Assembly: GCA_040005235.1 (NCBI GenBank)
Contig: JBDTZG010000023.1
Coordinates: forward strand, 18,648 to 82,647
Direction of reading: 5' to 3'
DNA: 64,000 nucleotides
Source of the DNA: Acidobacteriota bacterium
GTDB lineage: Bacteria; Acidobacteriota; Thermoanaerobaculia; Multivoradales; UBA5704
The translations under genes and the position numbers were made by a program. Shown here piece after piece: positions 18,219-27,100 of the stretch (positions are counted from its first letter, which is position 1; each line of letters starts with the position of its first letter). The notes under the pieces were generated by a model that worked only from the letters and a program-made list of their open reading frames with translations, had not been told where the DNA came from and did not search any database.

Positions 18219-19642
18219 GGCGCCCCGCGATACGCCAGTGCCGCCGCCTCGCCGAGCGCGGCGTCGTCTTCGGGATCGACGGTGCGCAGATCGAGCAGGA
18301 GGCGCCCTTCGCGCAGGTAGCCGACCACCGCGACCGGGCCGGCGCGCAGGCGGCGCGAGATTTCGGGCTCGTCGGGCAGGGCGAGCGCCTCGCCCGGAAT
18401 CGGCGCCTCGGGCGCGGAGCCACCGCCCAGGAACGCTTCGGCGGGCACGATCTCGGACGTCACCCCCGCGGCGGCCAGCCTGGCGGCGAGCGCCGCCAAC
18501 CGGGCGCGATGAAGCGTCGGGTCGGGCCACAGGCGATCGACGGGCAAGGGTGCCCCCGCCAGGTGGAGGCGAAGAACCCCTTCGAGCGCCGCGAGCGCCG
18601 CCCGATCGGGGCGCAACGCCCGATAGAACGGATGCTTGCGGCAGCGCTCGATCAGCTCCCGCCGCCCGACCAGGAGGCCCGCCTGCGGCCCGCCCATCAA
18701 TTTGTCGCCGCTGCCGCAACAGAGGTCGCACCTAGCGGCGATCAGCTGGGCGAGGCTCGGGTGATCGCGAAGCTGCGGCTCGGAACGCGGGCGGAGGAGC
18801 CCGCTGCCCTCGTCGACCAAAATCGGCACGCCGAGCCTCCGGCCCAGCGCCGCAAGAGCGGTCGGCTCGACCGCGGCGACGAAACCCGACTGCTTGAAGT
18901 TGCTCGGAAAGACTTTGAGCAGAAGGGCGGTATCCGGTCCGACTGCCGCTTCGTAGTCGGCGAGGCGGGTGCGGTTGGTGCTCCCGACTTCGACCAGCCG
19001 AGCGCCCGCTGCAGCCATGATCTCGGGCAGCCGGAACGATCCGCCGATCTCCACCAACTCACCGCGCGAGACCACCACCTCGCGGCCCGCGGCGAGGCTG
19101 ATCAGGGCGAGCACCAGGGAGGCCGCGTTGTTGTTGACGGCGACCGCCGCCTCCGCCCCGGTCGCGCGCATCAACAAGCGCTCGACCCGGCCGTTGCGCT
19201 GTCCACGCCGGCCGGTCGCAAGATCGAACTCGAGATCGCAGGCAGCGTCGAGCAGCGCGGGGAGCGCGGCGGCGACCGGCTTGGGCAAGGGGGCGCGGCC
19301 CAGATTGGTATGCAGGAAGATGCCGGTGGCGTTGATCACCCGGACCAGCCGGGGTCCCTCTTCTTCCGCGAGAGCGGCTTCGATGGCCCCAGGCAGGCGC
19401 TCGATCTCGGCCGCGAGGGGAGTGCCCGGCCCCGATCCCTCCGCCGGGAGACCCGACCGAAGCGCCTCGACCGCGCGGCGGGCTTGGACCGCCACGGGAT
19501 CACGCCCGTATAATGCGACGAGCCCTGCAACGCGCGGATGCGCGAGCAGGCGGTCGATCGAAGGGAGCCGACGGCGAAGATCGTCTTCGAACGGGGCCGT
19601 CGATCTGATCTCAAGGTTGGTTGCGGACGTGGAATCTTCCAT
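18215..19642 (-). CDS. selA: L-seryl-tRNA(Sec) selenium transferase
   Basis: LPSIDRLL, VINATGIFLHTNLGRAPL, VNNNAA, SRGELVEIGGSFR, SGDKLMGGPQAG, LDLRTV. Confidence 0.93.
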   Translation of the reverse strand: MEDSTSATNLEIRSTAPFEDDLRRRLPSIDRLLAHPRVAGLVALYGRDPVAVQARRAVEALRSGLPAEGSGPGTPLAAEIERLPGAIEAALAEEEGPRLVRVINATGIFLHTNLGRAPLPKPVAAALPALLDAACDLEFDLATGRRGQRNGRVERLLMRATGAEAAVAVNNNAASLVLALISLAAGREVVVSRGELVEIGGSFRLPEIMAAAGARLVEVGSTNRTRLADYEAAVGPDTALLLKVFPSNFKQSGFVAAVEPTALAALGRRLGVPILVDEGSGLLRPRSEPQLRDHPSLAQLIAARCDLCCGSGDKLMGGPQAGLLVGRRELIERCRKHPFYRALRPDRAALAALEGVLRLHLAGAPLPVDRLWPDPTLHRARLAALAARLAAAGVTSEIVPAEAFLGGGSAPEAPIPGEALALPDEPEISRRLRAGPVAVVGYLREGRLLLDLRTVDPEDDAALGEAAALAYRGAP

Positions 19643-19666
19643 CCCGCCGGGCATTCTAGGAGAAGC

Positions 19667-20314
19667 GTGAACCCCAAGCGAAGCGCTCCTTCCACTGGAC
19701 CCGGCGTGGCACCGCACGCCGGCCCAGGCCCCGAGCGGGTGCGAGGGGCAAACGCAAGTCCGAAATCCGGCCCGGCCTCGCACCTGGAGGTCCTCGACCT
19801 GATCGAGCAGGAGATTCAACAACTGCGGATCGATTTCGAGCGATTCCTCTCGGGCGCACTGCCGTTCCCGCCCGAGGAACAACGCACGCGAATTCAGAAC
19901 CAGCTCAAAGGACTGCGCAATGCCACGATGCGCTCCGCCGTCGAGGGTTTCCGGCTGGGCGTCCTCGAAGCGCGCTTCAACAGCTACAACGAGCTGTTCA
20001 ACCGGCGGGTCCGGGAGCGCGAAGAGGGACGTCGCGTCGCGCGCGTCGCGGCCGCGCCGTCGGCCCCGCAATTCGATCCCCGGCGCGGGATCGTGGTCGA
20101 CGGCAAGGTCGACCGGCAGGCGGCCGAGGCGCTCTACACGGCGCTCGCCGCCGGTTCAGGCGGCGGCCCAAATTTCGATCTTGCGACTTTCCAGACCTAT
20201 CTCGAACGACAGACCGCGGCGTTGCGCGGCAAGACCGGCTGCGCTGCGGTCCAGTTCCGGCTCGCCGAAGAGGATGGCAAGCTGAAGCTCAAAGCGCGGC
20301 CGGTGGGCGACTAG
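19667..20314 (+). CDS. Hypothetical protein resembling the MXAN_5187 C-terminal domain family
   Basis: LRIDFERFLSG..PFPP...RFNSYNELFNRR and C-terminal KTGCAAVQFRLAEEDGKLKLKARP; family recalled from memory. Confidence 0.6.
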   Translation: MNPKRSAPSTGPGVAPHAGPGPERVRGANASPKSGPASHLEVLDLIEQEIQQLRIDFERFLSGALPFPPEEQRTRIQNQLKGLRNATMRSAVEGFRLGVLEARFNSYNELFNRRVREREEGRRVARVAAAPSAPQFDPRRGIVVDGKVDRQAAEALYTALAAGSGGGPNFDLATFQTYLERQTAALRGKTGCAAVQFRLAEEDGKLKLKARPVGD

Positions 20315-20402
20315 ACCGCCCGGAAGCCTCCGGATGGCCTTCCCCCGAACTACCGAAGAGCATAGATTCCGTTTTCGTCGCCTCAGGTTAAGGAGATTCA
20401 AG

Positions 20403-21419
20403 TTGCGCAAAACCCTTTGGACCGGTCTCGCCCTCATCCTCGCCGCGATTGCCACGGTCGCCGCGGGGCCGCCCAACCTCGCCACCGCGATCGACGCGCA
20501 GCGCAAGCTCGCGGCCGAGCGGCCGGACGACCCGACGGTGCAGAACGACCTCGGAAACCTCCTGCAACTCGCCAAGCACTCGGACGAGGCGGAAGCGGCC
20601 TACCGCCGCGCGATCGAGCTCGACGCCAAGCACGCCTCGTTCCATTTCAACCTCGGTCTGGTGCTCGAAAAGCGCGGCGACAACCGTGCCGCCATGAAGG
20701 AGTACAAAACGGCGGTCGAGCTGGAACCGAAACATGCCTGGGCGCATTACCAAATTGGCGCCCTGCTCGAAAAGGCAGGCCGCAAGGAACCGGCGATCCG
20801 TTCCTACGCCCGGGCCTTCGCCCTCGATCCGCAACTCGGTTTCCCCGAGGTCAATCCGAGCCTGCTCGACAGCCAGCTGACCACCTCGGCGATGCTGCGC
20901 GCCTACCGGACACAGGAGGCGCCGACCCTCACCGCGGCGCGATACGACGACCCACTGCACATCCGCGGCCTGCTGGTGCCGACGCCCCCCGCAACCCCGG
21001 CCGATGAAACGGCCGTCGATCCGGATGCGGCCGCCGCCGCCGCGCTCGCCGGAAAAACCTCCAAGACCACGCCCCCGACTGTCCTCAAACCGCAGAGTCT
21101 GCAGAACACCGGAAAGGCCGGCCAGGTACAGCCCGCGGGCGCCGCGGGCCGGGCCGGCACCAGCCGGGTCTATCCGCGAGGGGGAAACCCGGGCCTCCAG
21201 ACCTGGACCCGCCCGGAGCCGGTCGAGCCGCAGGTCTACGACGATGGCAGTGAAGAGATCCCGGCCGAGGGAGACGACCTGACCCCGCCCCCCCCGCCCT
21301 CGCCGGGCTCCGTTTACTACAATCCCGGCCTACCGAGCACCGGGCGCCTGGATCTGCGCCTGGTGCCCGGCAGGGCCGTCCATCGGACCGAAACGCAAGC
21401 CCGCGTCGGACGCGGATAG
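20403..21419 (+). CDS. Exported TPR protein with Pro-rich tail
   Basis: TTG start after AAGGAG; signal peptide; 3-4 TPRs (NDLG..L, FNLGLVL, YQIGALL). Confidence 0.8.
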   Translation: MRKTLWTGLALILAAIATVAAGPPNLATAIDAQRKLAAERPDDPTVQNDLGNLLQLAKHSDEAEAAYRRAIELDAKHASFHFNLGLVLEKRGDNRAAMKEYKTAVELEPKHAWAHYQIGALLEKAGRKEPAIRSYARAFALDPQLGFPEVNPSLLDSQLTTSAMLRAYRTQEAPTLTAARYDDPLHIRGLLVPTPPATPADETAVDPDAAAAAALAGKTSKTTPPTVLKPQSLQNTGKAGQVQPAGAAGRAGTSRVYPRGGNPGLQTWTRPEPVEPQVYDDGSEEIPAEGDDLTPPPPPSPGSVYYNPGLPSTGRLDLRLVPGRAVHRTETQARVGRG

Positions 21420-21447
21420 TCCCTCAGGCGGCGCGCAGACATTCGCC

Positions 21448-21648
21448 ATGCCGCCCCTTCGCGAATCCTCCGACCGGCCCTCTCCATCCTCTTCCGCGCC
21501 TTCTCCCGCACCCCAGCAGCGCACGGCGGCCGAAGTCCTGATGCGCACCTGCCCGAACTGCGGGCGCGAGCTGGCCGAGCGCAAGTGCAAACTTTACTGC
21601 CCCGACCCGCGCTGCGGTTACTTCCTCTCCTGCGCCGACTACTATTAG
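21448..21648 (+). CDS. Small Cys-rich zinc-finger microprotein (CPxCG type)
   Basis: CPNCG...KCKLYCPDPRCGYFLSCADYY; alternative start at 21541. Confidence 0.7.
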   Translation: MPPLRESSDRPSPSSSAPSPAPQQRTAAEVLMRTCPNCGRELAERKCKLYCPDPRCGYFLSCADYY

Positions 21649-21709
21649 CGCCGCCGCGAGTTCGTTCCCGGGATGTGGCGCTCGGAAGTTCATGGCGGTC
21701 GACACCGGG

Positions 21710-22384
21710 CTACTCCCGCCAGACCGCCACCTCGTCCAGCCCCTTCCGCTTCAAGTCCGGCACGGTCGCGTCGGCGGCGGGGTAGCCCACGGGGAAGAGG
21801 ATGAATGGCTTCTCGTTGCTCGGCCGGTCGAGGATGCGGGAGAGGAACGCCATCGGGCTCGGGGTGTGAGTGAGGGTCGAAAGCCCCATGCGTTGGAGGG
21901 CAGCGACGAACAGGCCGCAGGCGATGCCGACGCTCTCTTTCGGGTAGTAGTTCTTCCGTTTGGTGCCGTCGGGAAGGCGGCCGAAAAGCTCTTCGAAGAC
22001 CACGACGAGCCAGGGCGCGGTTTCGAGGAACGATTTTTCCCAGGATGTGCCGATCGGCGCCAGCGCTTCGAGCCATTCCGGTGGCATTCGGCCTCCGACG
22101 TAGCTTTCGTACTCCTCGGCCTCGGCGGCAGCGCGGATCTCACGCTTGATCTCGGGGTCTGAGATCGCGACGAAGGTCCACGGCTGGCGGTGCGCTCCGG
22201 AAGGGGCGGTCGAAGCGGTGCGGATCGCCAGCTCGATCGCTTCGCGCGGCACGGGCTGGTCGGAAAAGAATCGGACGCTCCGCCGCCGATCCATTTCGGC
22301 GAAAAAGTCGCGCCCACGCTCCAGCGATTCGGATTCCGGCAGAGGCTCGGCGAAGTAGGGAACATGCCGGTATTCGGTCGTCAC
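21710..22384 (-). CDS. Nitroreductase superfamily, iodotyrosine deiodinase-like
   Basis: RRRSVRFFS, TAPSGAHRQPWTFV, lid segment AAEAEEYESY...WEK.FLE.AP, LTHTPSPM. Confidence 0.8.
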   Translation of the reverse strand: MTTEYRHVPYFAEPLPESESLERGRDFFAEMDRRRSVRFFSDQPVPREAIELAIRTASTAPSGAHRQPWTFVAISDPEIKREIRAAAEAEEYESYVGGRMPPEWLEALAPIGTSWEKSFLETAPWLVVVFEELFGRLPDGTKRKNYYPKESVGIACGLFVAALQRMGLSTLTHTPSPMAFLSRILDRPSNEKPFILFPVGYPAADATVPDLKRKGLDEVAVWRE

Positions 22385-22432
22385 TCGATGCCTCCCCCTC
22401 GTGGAACCGGCCGCATACCGGCCGCAAACCAA

Positions 22433-22462
22433 GAACGCCCGGCGATCTCTCGCCGGGCGTTC
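22433..22462 (-). terminator. Terminator hairpin downstream of the DsbA-like gene
   Basis: Perfect 13-bp inverted repeat GAACGCCCGGCGA-TCTC-TCGCCGGGCGTTC, followed by TTGGTTT on the minus strand. Confidence 0.7.
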
Positions 22463-22510
22463 GGACTTGCGTTCAAAAGAGCGCTAAGCGGCTCGCGCCT
22501 TGGCTAAATC

Positions 22511-23602
22511 TTACTTGGCACCCTTGCGCTGCAGCTCGTCGTCGATCACCTTGGCGATGTCCGCATAGGGAACCGCCCCCGAGATGAAGCGGCCGTTGAT
22601 GAACAAAGCGGGCGTGCCCGAAACACCGGCTTCGGAACCCGCCTTGACGTCCTCAGCCACCTTCGGCGCGTACTTGCCACCGTCGAGGCAGGCGTTGAAT
22701 TGGTCGGCCTTGAGCCCCATACCGGCTGCCTTTTCCTTCAGCTTGTCGACGGCAAGCTCGTCCTGCTTGCTGAACATCGCGTTGTGCATTTCCCAGAACT
22801 TGCCCTGTTCGTCGGCGCAGAGTGAGGCCTCGGCGGCCTTCTGGGCGAACTGGTGGAAGTTCAAGGGGAACTGACGAAAGACGAGGTGCACCTTGTCTCC
22901 GTAGGTCGACTTGACCTGCTCGACGGTCGGGTACAGGCGCGAGCAGAACGGGCACTGGAAATCGGAGAACTCGACGATCGTGACCGGTGCGTTCTTGGGA
23001 CCGCGCTCCGGACCGGTCGCAGCGACCTCGACCCGCATCGGCTCCAGGGTGTATTTGACCGCGTATTTGGTCTCCAGCTCGGTCGTGAACTTCTCTTTCG
23101 CCTCGGTCTGGCGCTGCTGGTTGAGGTAGTTCTTGATCTGCGGCGCGATCTGCTCTTTGGTGGTACCCGGGGGGATGCGCGCCTTATTCTCTTCGTAGAA
23201 CGAGTCGACTTCGGCGTCCGAGGGATCTGTGACCGTGACCGCGCTCGCAAGGAACGCCTCTTTGGTCATGTTCTTCGCGGCGGCTTCCTTCTCAACCAGA
23301 GAATCCTGGACGAGCTTGTGAACCTGCGCGTCCATCACGTCGTGCTTGCCCTTTTCGTACTCGGACTGGCACTGCTTGAGGCGGTTCTCAAGCTGGTCGA
23401 AATCGGTCGCCGAGTTCTTGCGGACATCGCCGGCGGTCACCGACTTGTCGCCGTACTTGGCCACGACTTCACTGTCCGGAATTTCCTTGGACGCCATTTT
23501 GGCATCCGTTTTCTGGGCCGAGCACGCCGGCATCCACACGCCCGCGAGGACGAGGGCTGCCACCCAGGCGCGGCGCACGAGCTTGCGATCCGTTCCGTTC
23601 AT
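22511..23602 (-). CDS. DsbA-family thioredoxin lipoprotein with SurA-like N-terminal helical region
   Basis: MPAC lipobox; EFSDFQCPFC; GVSGTP cis-Pro loop; AAGGAG RBS. Confidence 0.9.
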   Translation of the reverse strand: MNGTDRKLVRRAWVAALVLAGVWMPACSAQKTDAKMASKEIPDSEVVAKYGDKSVTAGDVRKNSATDFDQLENRLKQCQSEYEKGKHDVMDAQVHKLVQDSLVEKEAAAKNMTKEAFLASAVTVTDPSDAEVDSFYEENKARIPPGTTKEQIAPQIKNYLNQQRQTEAKEKFTTELETKYAVKYTLEPMRVEVAATGPERGPKNAPVTIVEFSDFQCPFCSRLYPTVEQVKSTYGDKVHLVFRQFPLNFHQFAQKAAEASLCADEQGKFWEMHNAMFSKQDELAVDKLKEKAAGMGLKADQFNACLDGGKYAPKVAEDVKAGSEAGVSGTPALFINGRFISGAVPYADIAKVIDDELQRKGAK

Positions 23603-23697
23603 CGTTCTTGACTCCTTGGTCAAAGTTTCGGAAGAGCCCGAGGACGCTTCCGGAGGATTCCGCGCGACAGGGCCCACGAATGTAGCACACGCCAACA

Positions 23698-23713
23698 GGC
23701 AAGACTTGGGCCA
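23698..23713 (-). promoter_or_regulatory. Sigma54 promoter of the DsbA-like gene
   Basis: Minus strand reads TGGCCC-AAGTC-TTGCC (GG-N10-GC), about 95 bp before the ATG. Confidence 0.6.
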
Positions 23714-23873
23714 ACCCGTTCTGGCACACGCCGCGCCTGGTAGTCCTCGATTTTAAGGTGCTCGCCGAGCCTTGAGGCGGGTCACGGTACGAACGATCCG
23801 GAACCGAAGCACCAAAGAAAGACCTCACCCGGAGGGCTCGAAATCGAGGCTATGAGCGGCGCGAAGGGAATCT

Positions 23874-23902
23874 TTGACACCGACCGCCGGTTGTGAGACA
23901 CT
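23874..23902 (+). promoter_or_regulatory. Sigma70 promoter of tRNA-fMet
   Basis: TTGACA-17 bp-GACACT with a TG extension. Confidence 0.55.
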
Positions 23903-23928
23903 GCCGCTCCCCTGGAGACAGGGGGCAC

Positions 23929-24009
<81 letters not shown>

Positions 24010-24017
24010 GAAATTCT

Positions 24018-24051
24018 CAAGGCAGGCCTTACGGCCTGCCTTGTTTCTTTT
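24018..24051 (+). terminator. Rho-independent terminator after tRNA-fMet
   Basis: CAAGGCAGGCC-TTAC-GGCCTGCCTTG followed by TTTCTTTT. Confidence 0.85.
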
Positions 24052-24104
24052 GGGTCGTACCCTTTGAAGGGAGCTGACAGCGGGTATCCTCGCGGCGCCT
24101 GCTT

Positions 24105-27100
24105 ATGCCCCCGCTCTCCTGTCTGGTCGTCGGCGATTCCGCGGTCACCGTTTCGTGCCTGGAGATCCTCCGGGCGCGCGGCTTGCCGCTTGTCGGAGTA
24201 GTGACCGCGGACCCCCGTGTGGGCGGTTGGGCGGTAGAAAACGGCCTACCGACCTGCCATCTGGCCCTCTCGGCGCCTCTCACTGCCGAGCACGTGACGG
24301 ATCTGGCGGCGGGCACTCCGATCGATCTGCTCTGGAGCATCCACAACCTGCGCAGGCTGCTTCCGGACGTTCTCGCCCTTCCCCGGCGGCTGGCGATCAA
24401 CTACCACGACGCACCTCTCCCGCGCTACGCGGGACTCCACGCCACGAGTTGGGCGATCGCCAATCGAGAGAGGAGCCACGGCATCACCTGGCACCGAGCC
24501 GACGCGGAGATCGACGCAGGCGACGTCCTGATCCAGCGAACGATCGAAATCGGTCCGCACGAAACCGCCTGGACGCTCAACAATCGGTGCAGCGAGGCGG
24601 CCGCGGAATCGTTTGGAGCGTTGCTCGATGCTCTGCTCGACGGTAGTCTCGCTCCACGCCCTCAAGATCTGGCGCACCGCACGTTCTTTCCCGGCTGGCG
24701 CACGCCGCGACCCGGTTGCGTGATCCCCTGGGATCAAGCGGCAGAGCAGGCTTGCGCGTTCGTTCGCGGACTCGATTTTGGTATTGCCGACAATCCTCTA
24801 GGCTTTCCGAAGCTGCTCGCCCCGGACGGGACGTTTCTGGTGGGGAGCCTGGAGGTCCTTGCCCCTTTGGGTGCCGCAGCGGGGGAGCCGGGCAGGGTGA
24901 CGGCAGTCACGGCCGAGGGGATCGACGTGACCACCGCGACCTCACGGGTGCGGGTGACCTCGCTAGTCGACCTCTCCGGCCGCTCGGTGCGCCCAACGGA
25001 GGTCGGCCTCGCAAAGGGTACGGTTTTACCTTCTGCCGCGCCGCGCGAAGCGGACCTCGAACGATGGGAGCGCTCCAACCGTCGGCATGAGCGGTTCTGG
25101 AGCGAAATCCTTTCCGGGCTATCGCCGCTGGCGCCGCCGGGCTTCGAAAGCGAGAGCTCCGAGGCGGCCGAATTAGAGACTTCCCTGGCGCCCGAGCTGC
25201 TCGGCTCATTTGCCGAGAAAAGCCTTACCTGCGAGGAAGCCTTGCTCGTGGCAGTTTGCGCCGGGTTTGCCGCCGAGATCGACCAGCCTTTCGACCTGGC
25301 GGTTTCCGAGCCCGGGCAGCGCCGCTCGATCGATGAAATCGCCGGAAACGGCCTGCTTGCGCCGCGGCTGCCGCTCAGAGTTGGAAAGCTCGATCCGGAG
25401 GAGTTTGGTCTTTCGGCGTTCGCGTGGATCCTCGTTCGAGAGTGGCGTCGGCGGCGGGCACGCGGCGCCTACGCGATCGATCTGCCGCTCCGGATTCGTC
25501 GTTTGCGGCTCCGCGCCGAACGGGGGGAACGGATCGAGCCCGCGGTGGCGCTCGACCTGATGGCGGAAGGTGAGGACCCGCGAATGTTGCCGTGGGCCGG
25601 TGCGGTTCTCGCGATCGGAATCGATCCCTCCGGCCGGATGCTCTGGCGCGCCCGCCGGTCCGAGAGCGAGTTGAGGGCGCTCGCCGGACGTTTCCTTCTG
25701 GGGTTCGGGCCGGGACTTGCGGCGGAGCCGTGTTGTGAAACGGCGCGTCGACAGATCCTCTCAGCGCATGAGGACGCCGAAGCGGGCTCTCTCGTCGCCC
25801 GATTCCGGTCCCACGCGGCACGAGCGCCCGAGGCGCTTGCGCTCGCGGCGGGAGAGGAGGCATGGAGCTACGGTGCGCTTGCCGCCCGAATCGATCGGCT
25901 GGCCGCGGCGCTCGTGCGGCGCGGCGTCTTTCCCGAGCGGCTGGTTGCGCTGCGCCTCCAACGGCTGGCCGATCAGGTCACCGCGATCTTCGCCGTTCTC
26001 GCCGCGGGCGGCGCGTTCGTCGTCTTGGAGAGCGCCGATCCACCCGGCCGCCTCGAACGGGTTCTGGCGCAGTGCCATCCCGACTTGATTCTTAGCGACC
26101 GGTCGGAGGCTTGGCTGGCCCGCTACGCGCCGGTCCACTCGATCGGGCTCGCCGAGGCGGCGGAGGGGCCGGCGGTCGCGTGCGATGAGGAAAGCGACGG
26201 AGCGGGAGGCACTCTCGCTTACGTCGCGTTCACCTCCGGATCGGGAGGCGGGCCGAAAGGTGTTGCGGTCGAGCGGCGGGCGATCTCCAAATACATCGGA
26301 GAGGCCGGACGGTTTTTCGCCTTCGCGCCGGGCGACCGCGTGTTGCAGCTCGGGTCGGCGGCATTCGACCTGGCCTACGAACAGATCTTCGGCGCACTCT
26401 GCAACGGTGCGAGCCTGATCGGACGGGCGGACCCCGCCTGGCCGGGTACTCCGGAGCTGTTCGCGCAGCTCGATCGGTTGGCCATCACGGTACTCGATCT
26501 GCCGACCGCGGTCTGGGAACAGCTGAGCCGCGACGCGGCACGCACAGGGCTCGCCTGGCCGCGCAAGCTCCGTCTGGTCATCCTCGGCGGCGAACGGGCG
26601 ACCGCCTCGGCCGCCCGCGCCTGGAAGGCGACAGGAGGGGGATCGATCCGCCTGATCAACACCTACGGTCCGACCGAGGCGACGATCGTCGCCACTTGGT
26701 GGGAAGCGGGAGGCGGGGATTGCGAAGAGGTGCCCGAAACCGGCTTGCCGATCGGTCGGCCGATTCCGGGCACGACCGCTTGGGTGCTCGACGAAGATCA
26801 ACAGACGGTGCCCGAGGGCGATCCGGGCGAGCTGTGGATCGGCGGAACGGGGCTCGCTCGCGGTTACCACCGCCGCCCCGATCGAACCGCGGAGCGCTTC
26901 GTGTCGGTCGCCGCCGCGAAGGGCGCCCGCCTCTATCGGACGGGCGATCAGGTCCGGCGCAGAGAGGACGGCCATCTTGAATTCCTCGGCCGTCTCGACC
27001 GGCAGCTGAAGATCGCGGGACGGCGCATCGAGCCGGGGGAGATCGAGGCGACGCTCGACGAGATTCCGGGGGTGGCCATGGCTGCAGTTGCCGCGGTCGC

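Noticed and set aside
16887-23602. Selenoprotein genes near selA
   Set aside because: No in-frame TGA at a catalytic Cys position noticed (DsbA has CPFC; the microprotein uses TGC codons); not checked exhaustively.
23722-23737. Plus-strand TGGCAC-ACGCC-GCGCC as a sigma54 promoter
   Set aside because: Poor -12 element and no adjacent ORF; the tRNA has its own sigma70-type promoter.
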